A stretch of DNA of 64,000 nt from Mobula hypostoma (Eukaryota), in contig NC_086097.1 in assembly GCF_963921235.1 (NCBI RefSeq), positions 6,448,001 through 6,512,000 on the forward strand. The letters are read 5' to 3'. Below are positions 38,484 to 49,869 of this stretch, one piece after another. Positions within the stretch are counted from its first letter, which is position 1; each line of letters starts with the position of its first letter. The notes under the pieces are model-generated. The model was not told where the DNA came from and made no database searches. It worked only from the letters and a program-made list of their open reading frames with translations. The position numbers and the translations under genes are program-made.

Positions 38484-39167
38484 GGGGTAGGAGAAGATGG
38501 CGACACAACGTAGCGCGCGTGGCCACTCAGAAATGATATCATATGTGTTAACTAGGGGCCGTGCACAATCCTGATTTGATGGTGGCAGACGTGAGAGTCA
38601 TGGAGGAACACCTGGTGAAACTTCTGAAATGCCTGCTTCGCTGCCGCTGCCACTGTGCGGTCGACAATCTCTGGAGGGGAAGGCCCCAAATCCTCGGCTT
38701 TGCCTATTGCCTGTTGCTGGGGCCGGAGTCGAAGCGCTCGGCAGAAATGGTGCTCGGTGCTCGGTGTCAGAGGGCTGGTCGGAGGCTCGAAGTTTTTTGA
38801 TGGACTCAAAGAGTCGGCTGTGGTCGGGTGCTTCCAGGATGCTGCATCGGCAAGTTTGCGGCGCTGGAGGTTAATGGCAGGAAGAGTTTTTTTTTTCTTC
38901 CTTCTACCGTCTGCGTGAGATGATGGGACTTTCAAGAGACTTCGAGACTTTTTTTTACCGTGCCCATGGTCTGTTCTTCATCAAATTACTGCATTGCTTT
39001 GCATTGTTGTAACTATATATTATAATTATGTGGTTTTTGTCAGTTTTTCAGTCGGTTTGTCTTGTGTTTCCGTGATATCATTCTGGAGGAACATTGTAAC
39101 ATTTCTTAATGCATGCACTACCAAATGACAATAAAAGAGGACTGCGTGTCCTCATACTCTAATCTAA
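38484..39167 (+). mobile_element. ~680-bp non-autonomous retroposon (AAGATGGCG head, (ctaat)n tail)
   Basis: CpG-rich head. The 3' ~270 bp are nearly identical to 45777-46047. Confidence 0.75.
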
Positions 39168-39589
39168 AAACTTAATGCAATTTACAATGCAGGTATTTTA
39201 CCCAATTTCTAGGCCAGGTTAAACTTTGTAGTTTTATAACTAAACTATTCTTTAATTGATTTTTAGATAAAGAATTGATTGCAAATGCTTTAAAATGTGA
39301 AATAATTAACTGCATAGATCTGTTTTTGTGTTGACAACTCTGGTGCTCATTATTAATAGTCTCAACACATTGCCTGATGGGCAAATTTCCCAGGCACTTT
39401 TTGTTTCTTGCTTTGTGGGTTTTCGCAATTGCTTCGAAAACATTGTTGGTGAATTTGAACCCTGCAGTAATACATGGACAGCCATTAGCTAAATCAAATG
39501 TTGTTTTTCCTGCAACCTTGCCTTATTTTTACCAAAGCTTACTGTTAACTGATTCCTTCATTTATTTTGTTTTGAAGGTATGGAAAGGA

Positions 39590-40082
39590 GTTCCTTGTGA
39601 CCGGCTGCATCACAGCTTGGTAGAGGAAAAACCACACCCTTCAATGGAAAAACCTACAAAAAGTGGTGGATACGACCCAGTCCATCACAGGTAAAACCCT
39701 CCCCACCATTGAGCACATCTGCGTAAAGCATTGTCAGAGGAAAGTAGCATCCATCAACAGCGACCCCCACCACACAGACTCACTTCTCACTGCTGCCTTT
39801 AGCAAGAAGGTACAGAGCCCTCAGGACTCACACCACCAGGTGCAGGAGCAGTTCTTACCCTTCAACAATCAGTTATTACTATTATTTCTTCTTTTTTGTA
39901 TTTACACTGTTTTCTGTCTTTTGCACTATGTTTCAGTGCCCAATTTAGGTATTTTTTTATTGATTATGCTCCAGTCATTATTCTATAGATTTATTGAGTA
40001 TGCCCACAAGAAAACGAATCCACAGGGTTGTATGTGGTGATATATATGTGCTTTAATAATAAATTTACTTTGAACTTTGAAT
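39590..40082 (+). mobile_element. Rex1/Babar-like 3' fragment
   Basis: QSITGKTLPTIEHI motif; tail tttgaactttga. Confidence 0.75.
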
Positions 40083-41913
40083 CTCTGAGTTTCTACCATA
40101 AAAGGCGCAAGACTTTGGAAAGTTTTCTTAAAAGACAATGAACATCACTAGCGAAAGATTCTGGGCTTTCACAGGAAATTATGAAAATCGTGTGATCAAT
40201 ATAATCACTGATTTCATTCCTTTCCAGAATTTAAGAGGTCCTAAACCATAACATTACAATGGTAAGGATGTTTCAGAGGTAATGTCCTCCTCGCTGATTG
40301 TCAACACTGGCACACATCAAGATGCATGCTTTGCCCACAGCTCTACCGTCTCTACACTTACAACTGTGTGTGGCCAAGCACAGATAAAATACCATCTGTA
40401 AAGTCTCAGATGGCACCACTGCTGTTGGTAAGATATTAGGTGGTGATCAGGAGGCTTATAGAAGATACATAGGTTGGATGTTTGAGTGGTGTCTTAACCA
40501 CAATCTTGTACTCAACATCAGAAAGACAAAGAACAGATTGTGCACTTACAGAAGAGGAAGTCAGCTTCAATTTCCTGGGGTGTCAATGTCTCAGTGGATC
40601 TCTCTGCTGCCAATGTATTGACGCAATCATGAAGAAGGCACTCAGTGGCTCTATTTTGTTAGGAGTCGGAGGAGATTTGATTTGTCACGAAAGGCTTATA
40701 CAAAATTCTATAGCTATATAGTGGAAACATACTGACTGAAATCGTAAGACCATAAGACACGTTAACAGAATTAGGCCATTCAGCCCATCGAGTCTGCTCT
40801 GCCATTCCATCATGGCGGATTATCCCTCTCAACCCCATTCTCCTGTCTTTCAATCTGTGAGAGATTGGAAGAGGCTGCAAAGGGTTGTAAAGTCAGCCAG
40901 CTCTACCACAGGCACAAGCCTCCCCACCATCAAGAAGTGGTCAAGAAGCTAGCCTCCATCTCTATTTACTTAGCGACACAGCATGGTGTAGGCCTTTCCA
41001 GCACTTTGAGCCACAGCCCACCCCCCCCCCGGCAACCCCTGACAAATGTGATTAACCCTAACCTAATCATGGGACAATTTCAAAGACCAACAAACCTACC
41101 CGGTTACATCTTTGGATTGTGGGAGGAAACCACAGCATCTGAGGAAAACCCACACATTCCACTGGGCGGATGGACAAACTCCTTATAGACGAGGCCTGAA
41201 CTCCAGAATGCCCCGAACTGTAACAGTGTTGCGCTAACTGCTACACTACTGTGGTGCCCAAGGTCTCTTAATATTGGGGCCATGCCTTCTTCTTGTTACC
41301 ACCATCAGAGAGAAGATACAGGAGTCTGAAGATCCACACTCAAGAATTCCTTCCCTCTGCCATCAGGATTCTGCGAAAGCCACAAGATCTTGAACACAAC
41401 CTCAATATTCCTATATTTTCCCATAACTCAAAGATTTTTTTTATATATTTGCACTGTACTGCTGCTGCAAAACAACAAATTCCATGTCATATGTCAGTGA
41501 TATTAAATCTGATTCTGATTCTGGATGCGAATTACTTTAGGATGCCCTGATCATACAATGCACATCTTTTCTACTTCAGGCTCTGATTATTTAATCTTTA
41601 TTGTTTCTTTGTAAGAATTTGTCCTGCATTTACTGTATGTCCTTCATAATGTGATATTTGTATCCGCCCAAACCACATGAGCCATATCTCCTTGAAACAC
41701 TTTCTAGAGCAGGGAATTTGAATTCCCCAAGAACAGCTGTGCTTAGAAAAGATGGGGGTGGGAACAGAGGGAAGATTTTTGAAGTGGGTGCACGACCCAG
41801 TTCCAGCAAATCGTTTGAATGAGAAACGTATTTGGGATTGAAGATTCAAGATTGTTTATTGTCACTCATCAGGACACAATTGTAAAGGAGAAGGAAATGA
41901 TTGGTACTGTGAT

Positions 41914-42363
41914 TTGGATTGGGGAGCATGCCTTATGAGAATAGGTTGAGTGAACTCAGCCTTTTCTCCTTAGAGCGGCTGCGGATGAGAGGAGACTTGA
42001 TAGAGGTGTACAAGATAATGAGAGGCATTGATCACATCGATAGTCAGAGGCTTTTCCCCAGGGCTGAAATGGCTAGCACGAGAGGGCATAGTTTTAAGGT
42101 GCTTGGAAGTAGGTACAGAGGAGATATCAAGGGTAAGTTTTTTACACAGAGAGTGGTGAATGCAAGGAATGGGCTGTCGGCAGCGGTGGTGGAGGCGGAT
42201 ACGATAGGGTCTTTTAAGAGACTCCTGGATGGCTACATGGAGCTTAGAAAAATAGAGGGCTATGGGTAAAGCCTAGGTAGTTCTGAGGTAGGGACATGTT
42301 CGGCATAACTTTGTGGGTTGAAGGGCCTGTATTGTGCTGTAGGTTTTCTATGTTTCTATGTTT
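41914..42363 (+). mobile_element. CR1 3' fragment with possible 7-bp TSD
   Basis: LFSLERLRMRGDLIEVYKI motif. CTGTGAT occurs at 41907-41913 and 42364-42370. Confidence 0.88.
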
Positions 42364-42844
42364 CTGTGATACAGTATTAAAAAAGCACAATATGAGTCAC
42401 AAACACAATCACAAAATACAAAATAAATATGAATGCATAAGATTAACTGATATACACAGATTGACTGTATGTCCATAAAGTGATGCCAGGTACAGGAGTG
42501 TCCGTACATTTATTTATTTCAAGATCCAGCACAGAACAGGCCCTTCTGATCCAACAACCCACACCGTCCAGCAAACCACCTATTTAATCCCAGCCTAATC
42601 ACAAAACAATTAACAATGACCAATTAATCTGTTAGCCAGTACATCTTTGGACTGCGGGAGGAATACAGAGCACCCGGAGGAAACCTACGCAAACATGGGA
42701 TAGAATCTACAAACTCCTTACAGGTGGCAATGGAATTGAACTTTGAACTCCAATATCTCAGGCTGTAATAATTTCACAGTAACCACTAGCCAGGGTGGTG
42801 CTTCAAAAGGTGACTCTGACAGGAAACGATGAATTCGCCAATTA

Positions 42845-43275
42845 CAAACAAGGGAAAGTCTGCAGATGCTGAAAATCCAAGCAATGCATGCAAAAAGTTG
42901 GAGGAACTCAGCAGACCAGGCAGCATCTATAGAAAAGAGTACAGTCGACGTTTCAGGCTGAGATCCTTCGGCAGGACTGGAGAAAAAAAAGCTGAGGAAT
43001 AGATTTAAAAGTTGGGGGGGGGGGGAGAGGGCAACACAAGGTGATAGGTGAAACTGGAGGAAGAGGGATGAAGTAAAGATCTGGGAAGTTGATTGGTGAA
43101 AGAGATTCAGGGCTGGAGAAGGGAGAGTCTGACAGAATAGAACAGAAGGCCATGGAAGAAAGAAATTGAGGGAGGAGCACCAGAGGGAGGCAATGGGGAG
43201 GCAAGGAGATAAAGTGAGAGAGGGAAAAGGAGATGGGGAATGGTAAAGCTGAGGGAAGGTGGGGGACATTTCCTG
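42845..43275 (-). repeat. Penelope-like terminal repeat with variant hammerhead (CUGCCGA) at 42943-42978
   Basis: Minus strand reads AGUC-CUGCCGA-AGGAUCUCAGCCU-GAAA-C-GUC-GACU, after a pyrimidine-rich leader. Confidence 0.75.
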
Positions 43276-43999
43276 AATTCACCAATTAGATAGAATTTTC
43301 CATTCATTGTTAAAACTAATATTCTCAGCTGATAATAAAATTTCTTTCCATTGATTCTTGAGATGTCCACATCAATAACACAGAGAGTTTGTACGGCTTG
43401 TATTTCATAACACCCAGAGTGGTGGCAAACTACCTTCTGACGATCACAACAGTTTTAAGTCAGGGTGTTTTCACAATGTGGCAAGACTGGAAACTCCAGA
43501 TTTTGGCAGAGTAAAGGTGTTATTCTTGAGTTAGTATGATATTTTTCAACTCAGAACATGCCCCCTTCTCATTGCTACCATCAAGGAGGAGGTACTGGAG
43601 CCTGAAGGCACCCACTCAATGTTTTAGGAACAGCTTCTTCCCCTACGCCATCAGATTTCTGAATGGACAATGGTCCCATGTCCACTATCTCTATTTTTGC
43701 TCTCTTTTTATACTACATATTTAATTTAATTTTTGTATATATTTGTTACTGTCATTGATGGGAATTTTATCAAAATGTATTGCAATGTACTGTTGACACA
43801 AAACAAAAAGCTTCATGACATGTGCCAGTGACATTATAGCTGATTCTGATTCTAGTGGTTTTCTCACTCATTGCCAAGGCCCCAAGCCGAGGAGGTACTG
43901 TCAAACAAGCCGTGTCAAGACACTGTTGCACAACGTGTAGATGGTGCACTCTGCAGCCACAGTGTGCATGAACAGTTTTAGATTGTGGATTTGGGTGAT

Positions 44000-44266
44000 G
44001 ATAAAGTGCAGGGGTCAGTGCAATTGTTTTGCAGGTCCAGTGAACGAGGTTCGATTCCCACCGCTGTCTGCAAGGAGGTTGTACATTCTCCCTGTGACCA
44101 CATGGGTTTCCTCTGCGTGCTCTGGTTTCCTCCCACATCCCAAGGACGTACAGGTTAGTAGGTTAATTGGTCACATGAGTGTGATTGGATGGCATGAACT
44201 CATTGAGCAGGAAGGGCCTGTTACCATGCTGTCTCTCTAAATAAAAAATAAATAGAAATAAATAAA
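44000..44266 (+). mobile_element. tRNA-derived V-SINE (HE1-like)
   Basis: B box GGTTCGATTCC, V core, A-rich tail. Related copies at ~28200, ~35314, ~40965(-), ~42510(-), ~45066 and ~46150. Confidence 0.75.
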
Positions 44267-45776
44267 GCTGAATGCCTTTATGGAATAATATCAAGCCTTT
44301 TGGGCTATTGTGGAGCTGTGAGAATACCCCACCACATTCCTAACTTGTTAGAGACATGTTTAAGTTGGCTGTGAGTGTGACCTGAGGAAAATGGCTTCCT
44401 GAGGTTTGGGAAGCTGACAAGTGGCAAGTCTGAGCAGCGGTAGAGGTCGGTATTTAGACTCGTCACTGTCTCATCTCAATGAAGCTTGCAGCTGCTCTTC
44501 CTTCTGGCAAATCTCAGAGTTGTTGGGTAGAGACAGCTTTCTTCAAGTTGGAAGGATGACTGATTGATGGGATCATTCCTGAGAGTGACTTTGGATATCC
44601 CTGACAGGAAAGCAATCACGATTCAAAGATTGCAGTGTTGGGACCACCACGACGCAGTGATCTACATGAAGGAACACCCCGTGAATGATAGAGCTGAAAT
44701 CCTCAGCCAGAATGAGTGGTAGAGGCAGAAATATTTGCATTTATTTAGAGTCACAGAAAAGAACAGCACAGAAACAATCCTTTGACCCATCTAGTCCGTG
44801 CTCCCATCGACCTGCAGAAGTTAAATAACTGTGTGTTTATAGGTAATGGACAAAGAGCTGGGCAGCGTCTGAAATTGCTCTTTTTGAGAACACAATGAGG
44901 TGAAGAATCTCCTTATATCTGTGCACGTCTCTGTTTTTATTGTTCACAACTGGTGAGGTACAAAGGGAATTATCTAAACTTTATGATAGTGCTCTATGTA
45001 ATCAGATAAATCATATGCAATGCTCCGTTGTTTTTGCTGACATTTCCTCATTTGCGGACATATAGGGCGTCACACGGTAGCGCAGTGGTAAGTGTAACAC
45101 TATTACAACTGGGGGCATCAGAGAACTATTTCCACATCCTCTGTAAGAAAGCTTATACGTTCTTCTCAATTCCATGTGGGTGCTCCAGTTTGCTACCACT
45201 GTCCAAAGACATAACAATCAGTACGACAATCTCCTGCTGTCTGGAAGGAGATACAGAAACATCTTAACCAAGAAGGTAAGATTGGGAAACAGCTTTCTCC
45301 TGAGGGCTGTTGTGCAGCTGAATAATGCACAACAGGGCCTGTGCCACACTATATCTCTCAGTATATCTATAAAAATAAATTGCAATTAAAGGAAATGAAC
45401 GAAGAACTTGTAGACAGAAGAGACTACAGATGCTGGAGTCTGGAGCCACACACAACCTGCTGGGAAAACTCAGCAAGTTGAGCAAGATCGGTGGGAGAAA
45501 AGAAATTGTTCCCACTTTGTGCCAAAACCCTATGTCAGGCCTGAGACAAGAGAGGTGAGATGGTCTGCAGAGAGAGGAGAACGGATTCTGGGGTGATTGT
45601 TGGACTGAAGAGAGGTGTAAGATGGTAGGCCAGGCAGGGGACGTGAGCAGAGGTGGAATTGGTGGGGTGTGGCTGGTAAATGATAGATGGAGGCAGACAA
45701 AGGAGTAAGGTGGGGAAGAAGTGTGAAAATTGTGGACTTGTGTTGGAGGGTGATAAGCAAGAACACCTGTACCGGA

Positions 45777-46047
45777 TTCCTTCTACCATCTGCGTGAGAT
45801 GATGGGACTTTCAAGAGACTTTGAGACTTTTTTTACCGTGCCCATGGTCTGTTCTTTATCAAATTACGGTATTGCTTTGCAATGTTGTAACTATGTGTTA
45901 TAATTATGTGGTTTTTGTCAGTTTTTCAGTCTTGGTCTGTCTTGTGTTTCTGTGATATCATACTGGAGGAACATTGTATCATTTCTTAATGCATGCATTA
46001 CTAAATGACAATAAAAGAGGACTGCGTGTCCTCATAATCTAATCTAA
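45777..46047 (+). mobile_element. 5'-truncated copy of the 38484-39167 element
   Basis: Direct near-identity to ~38897-39167. Confidence 0.85.
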
Positions 46048-48187
46048 TAAGTAAAGGGAATAAGGGAGAAACAGTGAGTTGAATTGAGATCCTGGTTTAA
46101 GAAGACCTGGAAAGAGAACTAAAAGCCACAGATGTCATGATATTATAGTGATTAGTGAGAAACTATTACAGCTCAAGGGTTTGGAGTTTGGAGATCATCT
46201 CTGGCATCCTTCTGTAAGAAAGTTTGTACACTCTCCCTGTGTGCACGTGGATTTCCTTTGGGTGCTTCATTTTCATCCCACAGTCCAGTCAGTAGGTGAA
46301 GTGGTCTTTGTAAATTGTCCTGTGATTAGGTTAGGGTTAAATAGGTGGGTTGCTGGTTGATGTGGCTCATTGGGACGGAACGGTCTGTTCCCTGCTGTAT
46401 CCCTGAATAAGTAAAAATAAGGCCATAAGGTGAGAATAAAAGTATAAAAGATCATGAGTCAAATTTATTGTCATGAGAAGGCCAGGTACAGTGAAAATCT
46501 CGCAGCAGGTTCACAACACCAAGACAAGTAGACAACACAGAATATAAATTAGACTTTATTTATTTATTTATTTGTGTATTTACTTACTTATTCAGAGATA
46601 CAGTGCAGAACAGGCCCTTTCTGTCCAATGAACCCCGGCACCTAGCAGCTCACCGAGAGCCTGGCGAGAATGGAAAGGCGAAAATACAAGAAGACATAGG
46701 AGCAGAATTAGGCCATTTGGCCCAGAGTGTTCTCTGCCATTTCATCATGGCTGATCTAATTTTCCTCTCAGTTTCAATCTCCTGCCTTCTTCCCAAATCC
46801 CTTCATACCCTGTTCAATCAAGAATCTATCAACCTCTGTCTTAAATATACATAAAGACTTGGACTCCACAGCTACATGTAGCAAAGAATTCCACAGTTTC
46901 AGCACTCTGCAGCTAAAAAAAAATCCTCCTCATCTCTGTTCTAAAATGACACCTCTCTATTCTGAGGCTGTGTCCTCTGGTCTTAGACTCTCCCACCATA
47001 GGAAACAGTCTCTCCAACCTCTCAAGGCCTTTCACCATTCTATAGGTTTCAATGTGTCACCCCTCATTCTTCTAAATTTTAGTAAATACAGGCCCAGAGC
47101 TATCAAACACTTCATATGACAAGCCATTCAATGCTGGAGTCATTTTCATGAACCTCCTTTGAACTCTGTCCAGTTTCAGCCCATCCCTTCTAAGATAAGG
47201 AGCCCAAACCTGCTCACAATAATCAAAGAGAGGCCTCACCAGTGGTTTATAAAGCCTCAACATCACATCTTTGCTTTTATATTCTAGTCCACTTGAAATG
47301 AACTCTGACATTGCATTTGCCTTCCTCACCATAGTCTCAATCTGCAAGTTAACCTTTATGGAACCCTGCACAAGGTCTCCCAGGTCCCTTTGCACCTCAG
47401 TTTTTTAAAATATTTTCTCTCCATTTAATAAACAGATTATCCTTTCATCTCTTCTGCCAAAGTGCATGACCATACACATCCCAATACTGTATTCCAGCTG
47501 CCATTTCTTTGCCATTTTTCTCCTAATCTGTCCAACTCCTTCCGTAGCCTTTCTACTTCCTCCAGAACTATCTTCCTCTCTGCCTATCTTCATATCGCCT
47601 GCAAACTTTACAACAAAGCCATCTATTCCTTCACCCAGATAAATCATTGGCATATAATACGAATAGAATTGGTCCCAACACAGACCCCTGTGGAACACCA
47701 CTCATCACTCGCAGCCAGCCAAAAAAGGTTCCCTTTATTCCCACTCTTTGCCTCCTGACAATCAGCCACTGCTTTATCCATGCTAGAATCTTTCTTGTCA
47801 TACTACTGGCTTGTAGCTTGTTAAGCAGTCTCGTACATGGCACCTTGTCAAGTGCCTTCTGAAAATCCAAGTACACAACATCAACTGATTCTCCTTTGTC
47901 TATCCTGCTTGCTATTTCTTCAAAGAATTCCAACAGATTTGTCAAGCAACATTTTTCATTGAGGAAACCATACAGACTACAGCCTATTTTATCATGTGCA
48001 TCCAAATACTCTGAGACCTCATCCTTAATTATTGACTCCAACATCTTCTCAACCACTGAGATCAGACTAACTGGCCTATAGCTCTCATTCTGCCTCTCTG
48101 TCTTCTGGAGAATGGAGTGACATTTGAAATTTTCCAGTCTCCCGGAAGTATTCCAGAATCTAGTGATCCTTGAAAGATCTTTACTAA

Positions 48188-48544
48188 TGTCATGGTCCGG
48201 TCTGTGAAACCCGCGTTCCGGTTCTCAGTCCAGTCCATGGACTCTGGACTCCAGGTCTTCCGGCTGTCCCTTGTTTCATTTGGGCTTAGTCATAGGCACC
48301 TGATGCTCGTCTTGGGGCTGGGAATATCAGTGGCCCTGGGTTCGCGTGTGGTTGCTGGTGTCTCGTCAGTATCCCGTCCTCACCTACGTGGGGTAAGTCA
48401 GGCTCTTTGCCGTTACCCTGAGGCTGGACTGTTCCCTTCCCTTGCCCTTCCTTCTGAAGTCTTGCCTGTGACCTGCGCCTGAAGCCTTGCTCACAACCTG
48501 TGTCTTGCATTTGGTTCTGCCACCCAGCACCTCCCTTTATGACA
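48188..48544 (+). mobile_element. Solo LTR (357 bp)
   Basis: TGTCAT...ATGACA termini with 5-bp TSD ACTAA (48183-48187 and 48545-48549). Confidence 0.92.
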
Positions 48545-48858
48545 ACTAATGTATCCACAATCTCTTCTGCCACCTCTTTCAGAACCCTGGGGTGTTCACC
48601 ATCTGTTCCAGGTTGTTCAGACTTTTCATTTTCCCAAGAAACTTCTCTCTAGTAATGGTAACTTCACACACTTCATGTCCGCTGATGCCTGGAATTTCCA
48701 CCATGCTGGTATTGTCTTCCACAGTGGAGTCTGATGCAAAGTACTTATTCAGTTTGTCCACCATCTCCTTGTCCCCCAGTACTACCTCTCCAGCATTGTT
48801 TTCCAATGGTCCAATATCCACACTTGTCTCTCTTTCACACTTTATATATCTGGATAAA

Positions 48859-49042
48859 GCAACACACAAAAAAGTTGCTGGTGAACGCAGCAGGCCAGGC
48901 AGCATCTCTAGGATGAGGTAGAATTGATGTTTCGGGCCGAGACCCTTCGTTAGGACTAACTGAAAGAAGAGCTAGTAAGAGATTTGAAAGTGGGAGGGGG
49001 AGGGGGAGATCCGAAATGATAGGAGAAGACAGGAGGGGGAGG
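48859..49042 (-). mobile_element. 184-bp Penelope-like hammerhead repeat insertion with 13-bp TSD
   Basis: ATATCTGGATAAA at 48846-48858 and 49043-49055. Degenerate hammerhead at 48922-48957. Confidence 0.85.
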
Positions 49043-49417
49043 ATATCTGGATAAACCTCTTTTTTTGGTATCCTCTTTAATATTATTAGCTAGCCTACTT
49101 TCATATTCCACCTAAATCTTCTTAATGACCAGATGACACAGAGATACTGAAAGCTGACATATCCTAAGGATCCACATTCCAGAGTTCTGAAAGAGGTGAC
49201 AGCAAATTTAATGGATATAGGAATTACCATCCATCTATAGTAGGGGTTCCCAGCCTGGGGTCTAAGCCCCTTTGCTTACTGGTATTGGTCTATGGCATAA
49301 AGAAGGTTGGGCATCCTTGATCTTTTGGGAAGAGTTCACTACTATATAGTCCTCCCATTCTTCTCATAAGTTCGTACACCTCAGGAAAATAAAGATCCAG
49401 CAATCCATAACACAGGA

Positions 49418-49856
49418 CATTCTGCAGATGCTGGAAATCGAGAGTATCACAGTCAAAATATAGGAGGAACTCTGCAGGGCGGGCAGCATCTGTTACTTAT
49501 TTTTATGCACACATTCTTTCTCTCACTCTCCTTTTTCTCCCTCTGTCCCTCTGAATATACCTCTTGCCCATCCTCTGGGTCCCCCCCCCCTTGTCTTTCT
49601 TCCCGGACCTCCTGTCCCATGATCCTCTCATATCCCTTTTGCCTATCACCTGTCCAGCTCTTGGCTCCATCCCTCCCCCTCCTGTCTTCTCCTATCATTT
49701 TGAATCTCCCCCTCCCCCTCCAACTTTCAAATCCCTTACTCACTCTTCCTTCAGTTAGTCCTGACGAAGGGTCTCGGCCTGAAACGTCGACTGCACCTCT
49801 TCCTACAGATGCTGCCTGGCCTGCTGCGTTCACCAGCAACTTTGATGTGTGTTGCA
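49418..49856 (+). repeat. Penelope-like repeat with short inverted upstream copy
   Basis: 49418-49491 is an inverted partial copy of the repeat 3' end; 49492-49856 is the forward repeat. Confidence 0.75.
49757..49792 (+). ncRNA. Minimal type I hammerhead ribozyme motif (perfect core, GUC triplet)
   Basis: AGUC-CUGACGA-AGGGUCUCGGCCU-GAAA-C-GUC-GACU. Confidence 0.82.
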
Positions 49857-49869
49857 TGAATAAATAGTT

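Larger units (their letters stand above)
46687..49128 (-). mobile_element. CR1 LINE (RT and 3' end) with two nested insertions
   Basis: YLDFQKALDKVP, GVPQGSVLGP and LNKYFAS motifs. Confidence 0.9.

Noticed and set aside
44400..44610. Minus-strand exon after an acceptor-like ctttcctgtcag
   Set aside because: All frames stop within ~50 codons, and no product is recognisable.
48188..48544. 5' LTR of the chromovirus at 49870-53672
   Set aside because: It has its own TSD, lacks a PBS and differs in sequence from the 53283 LTR.
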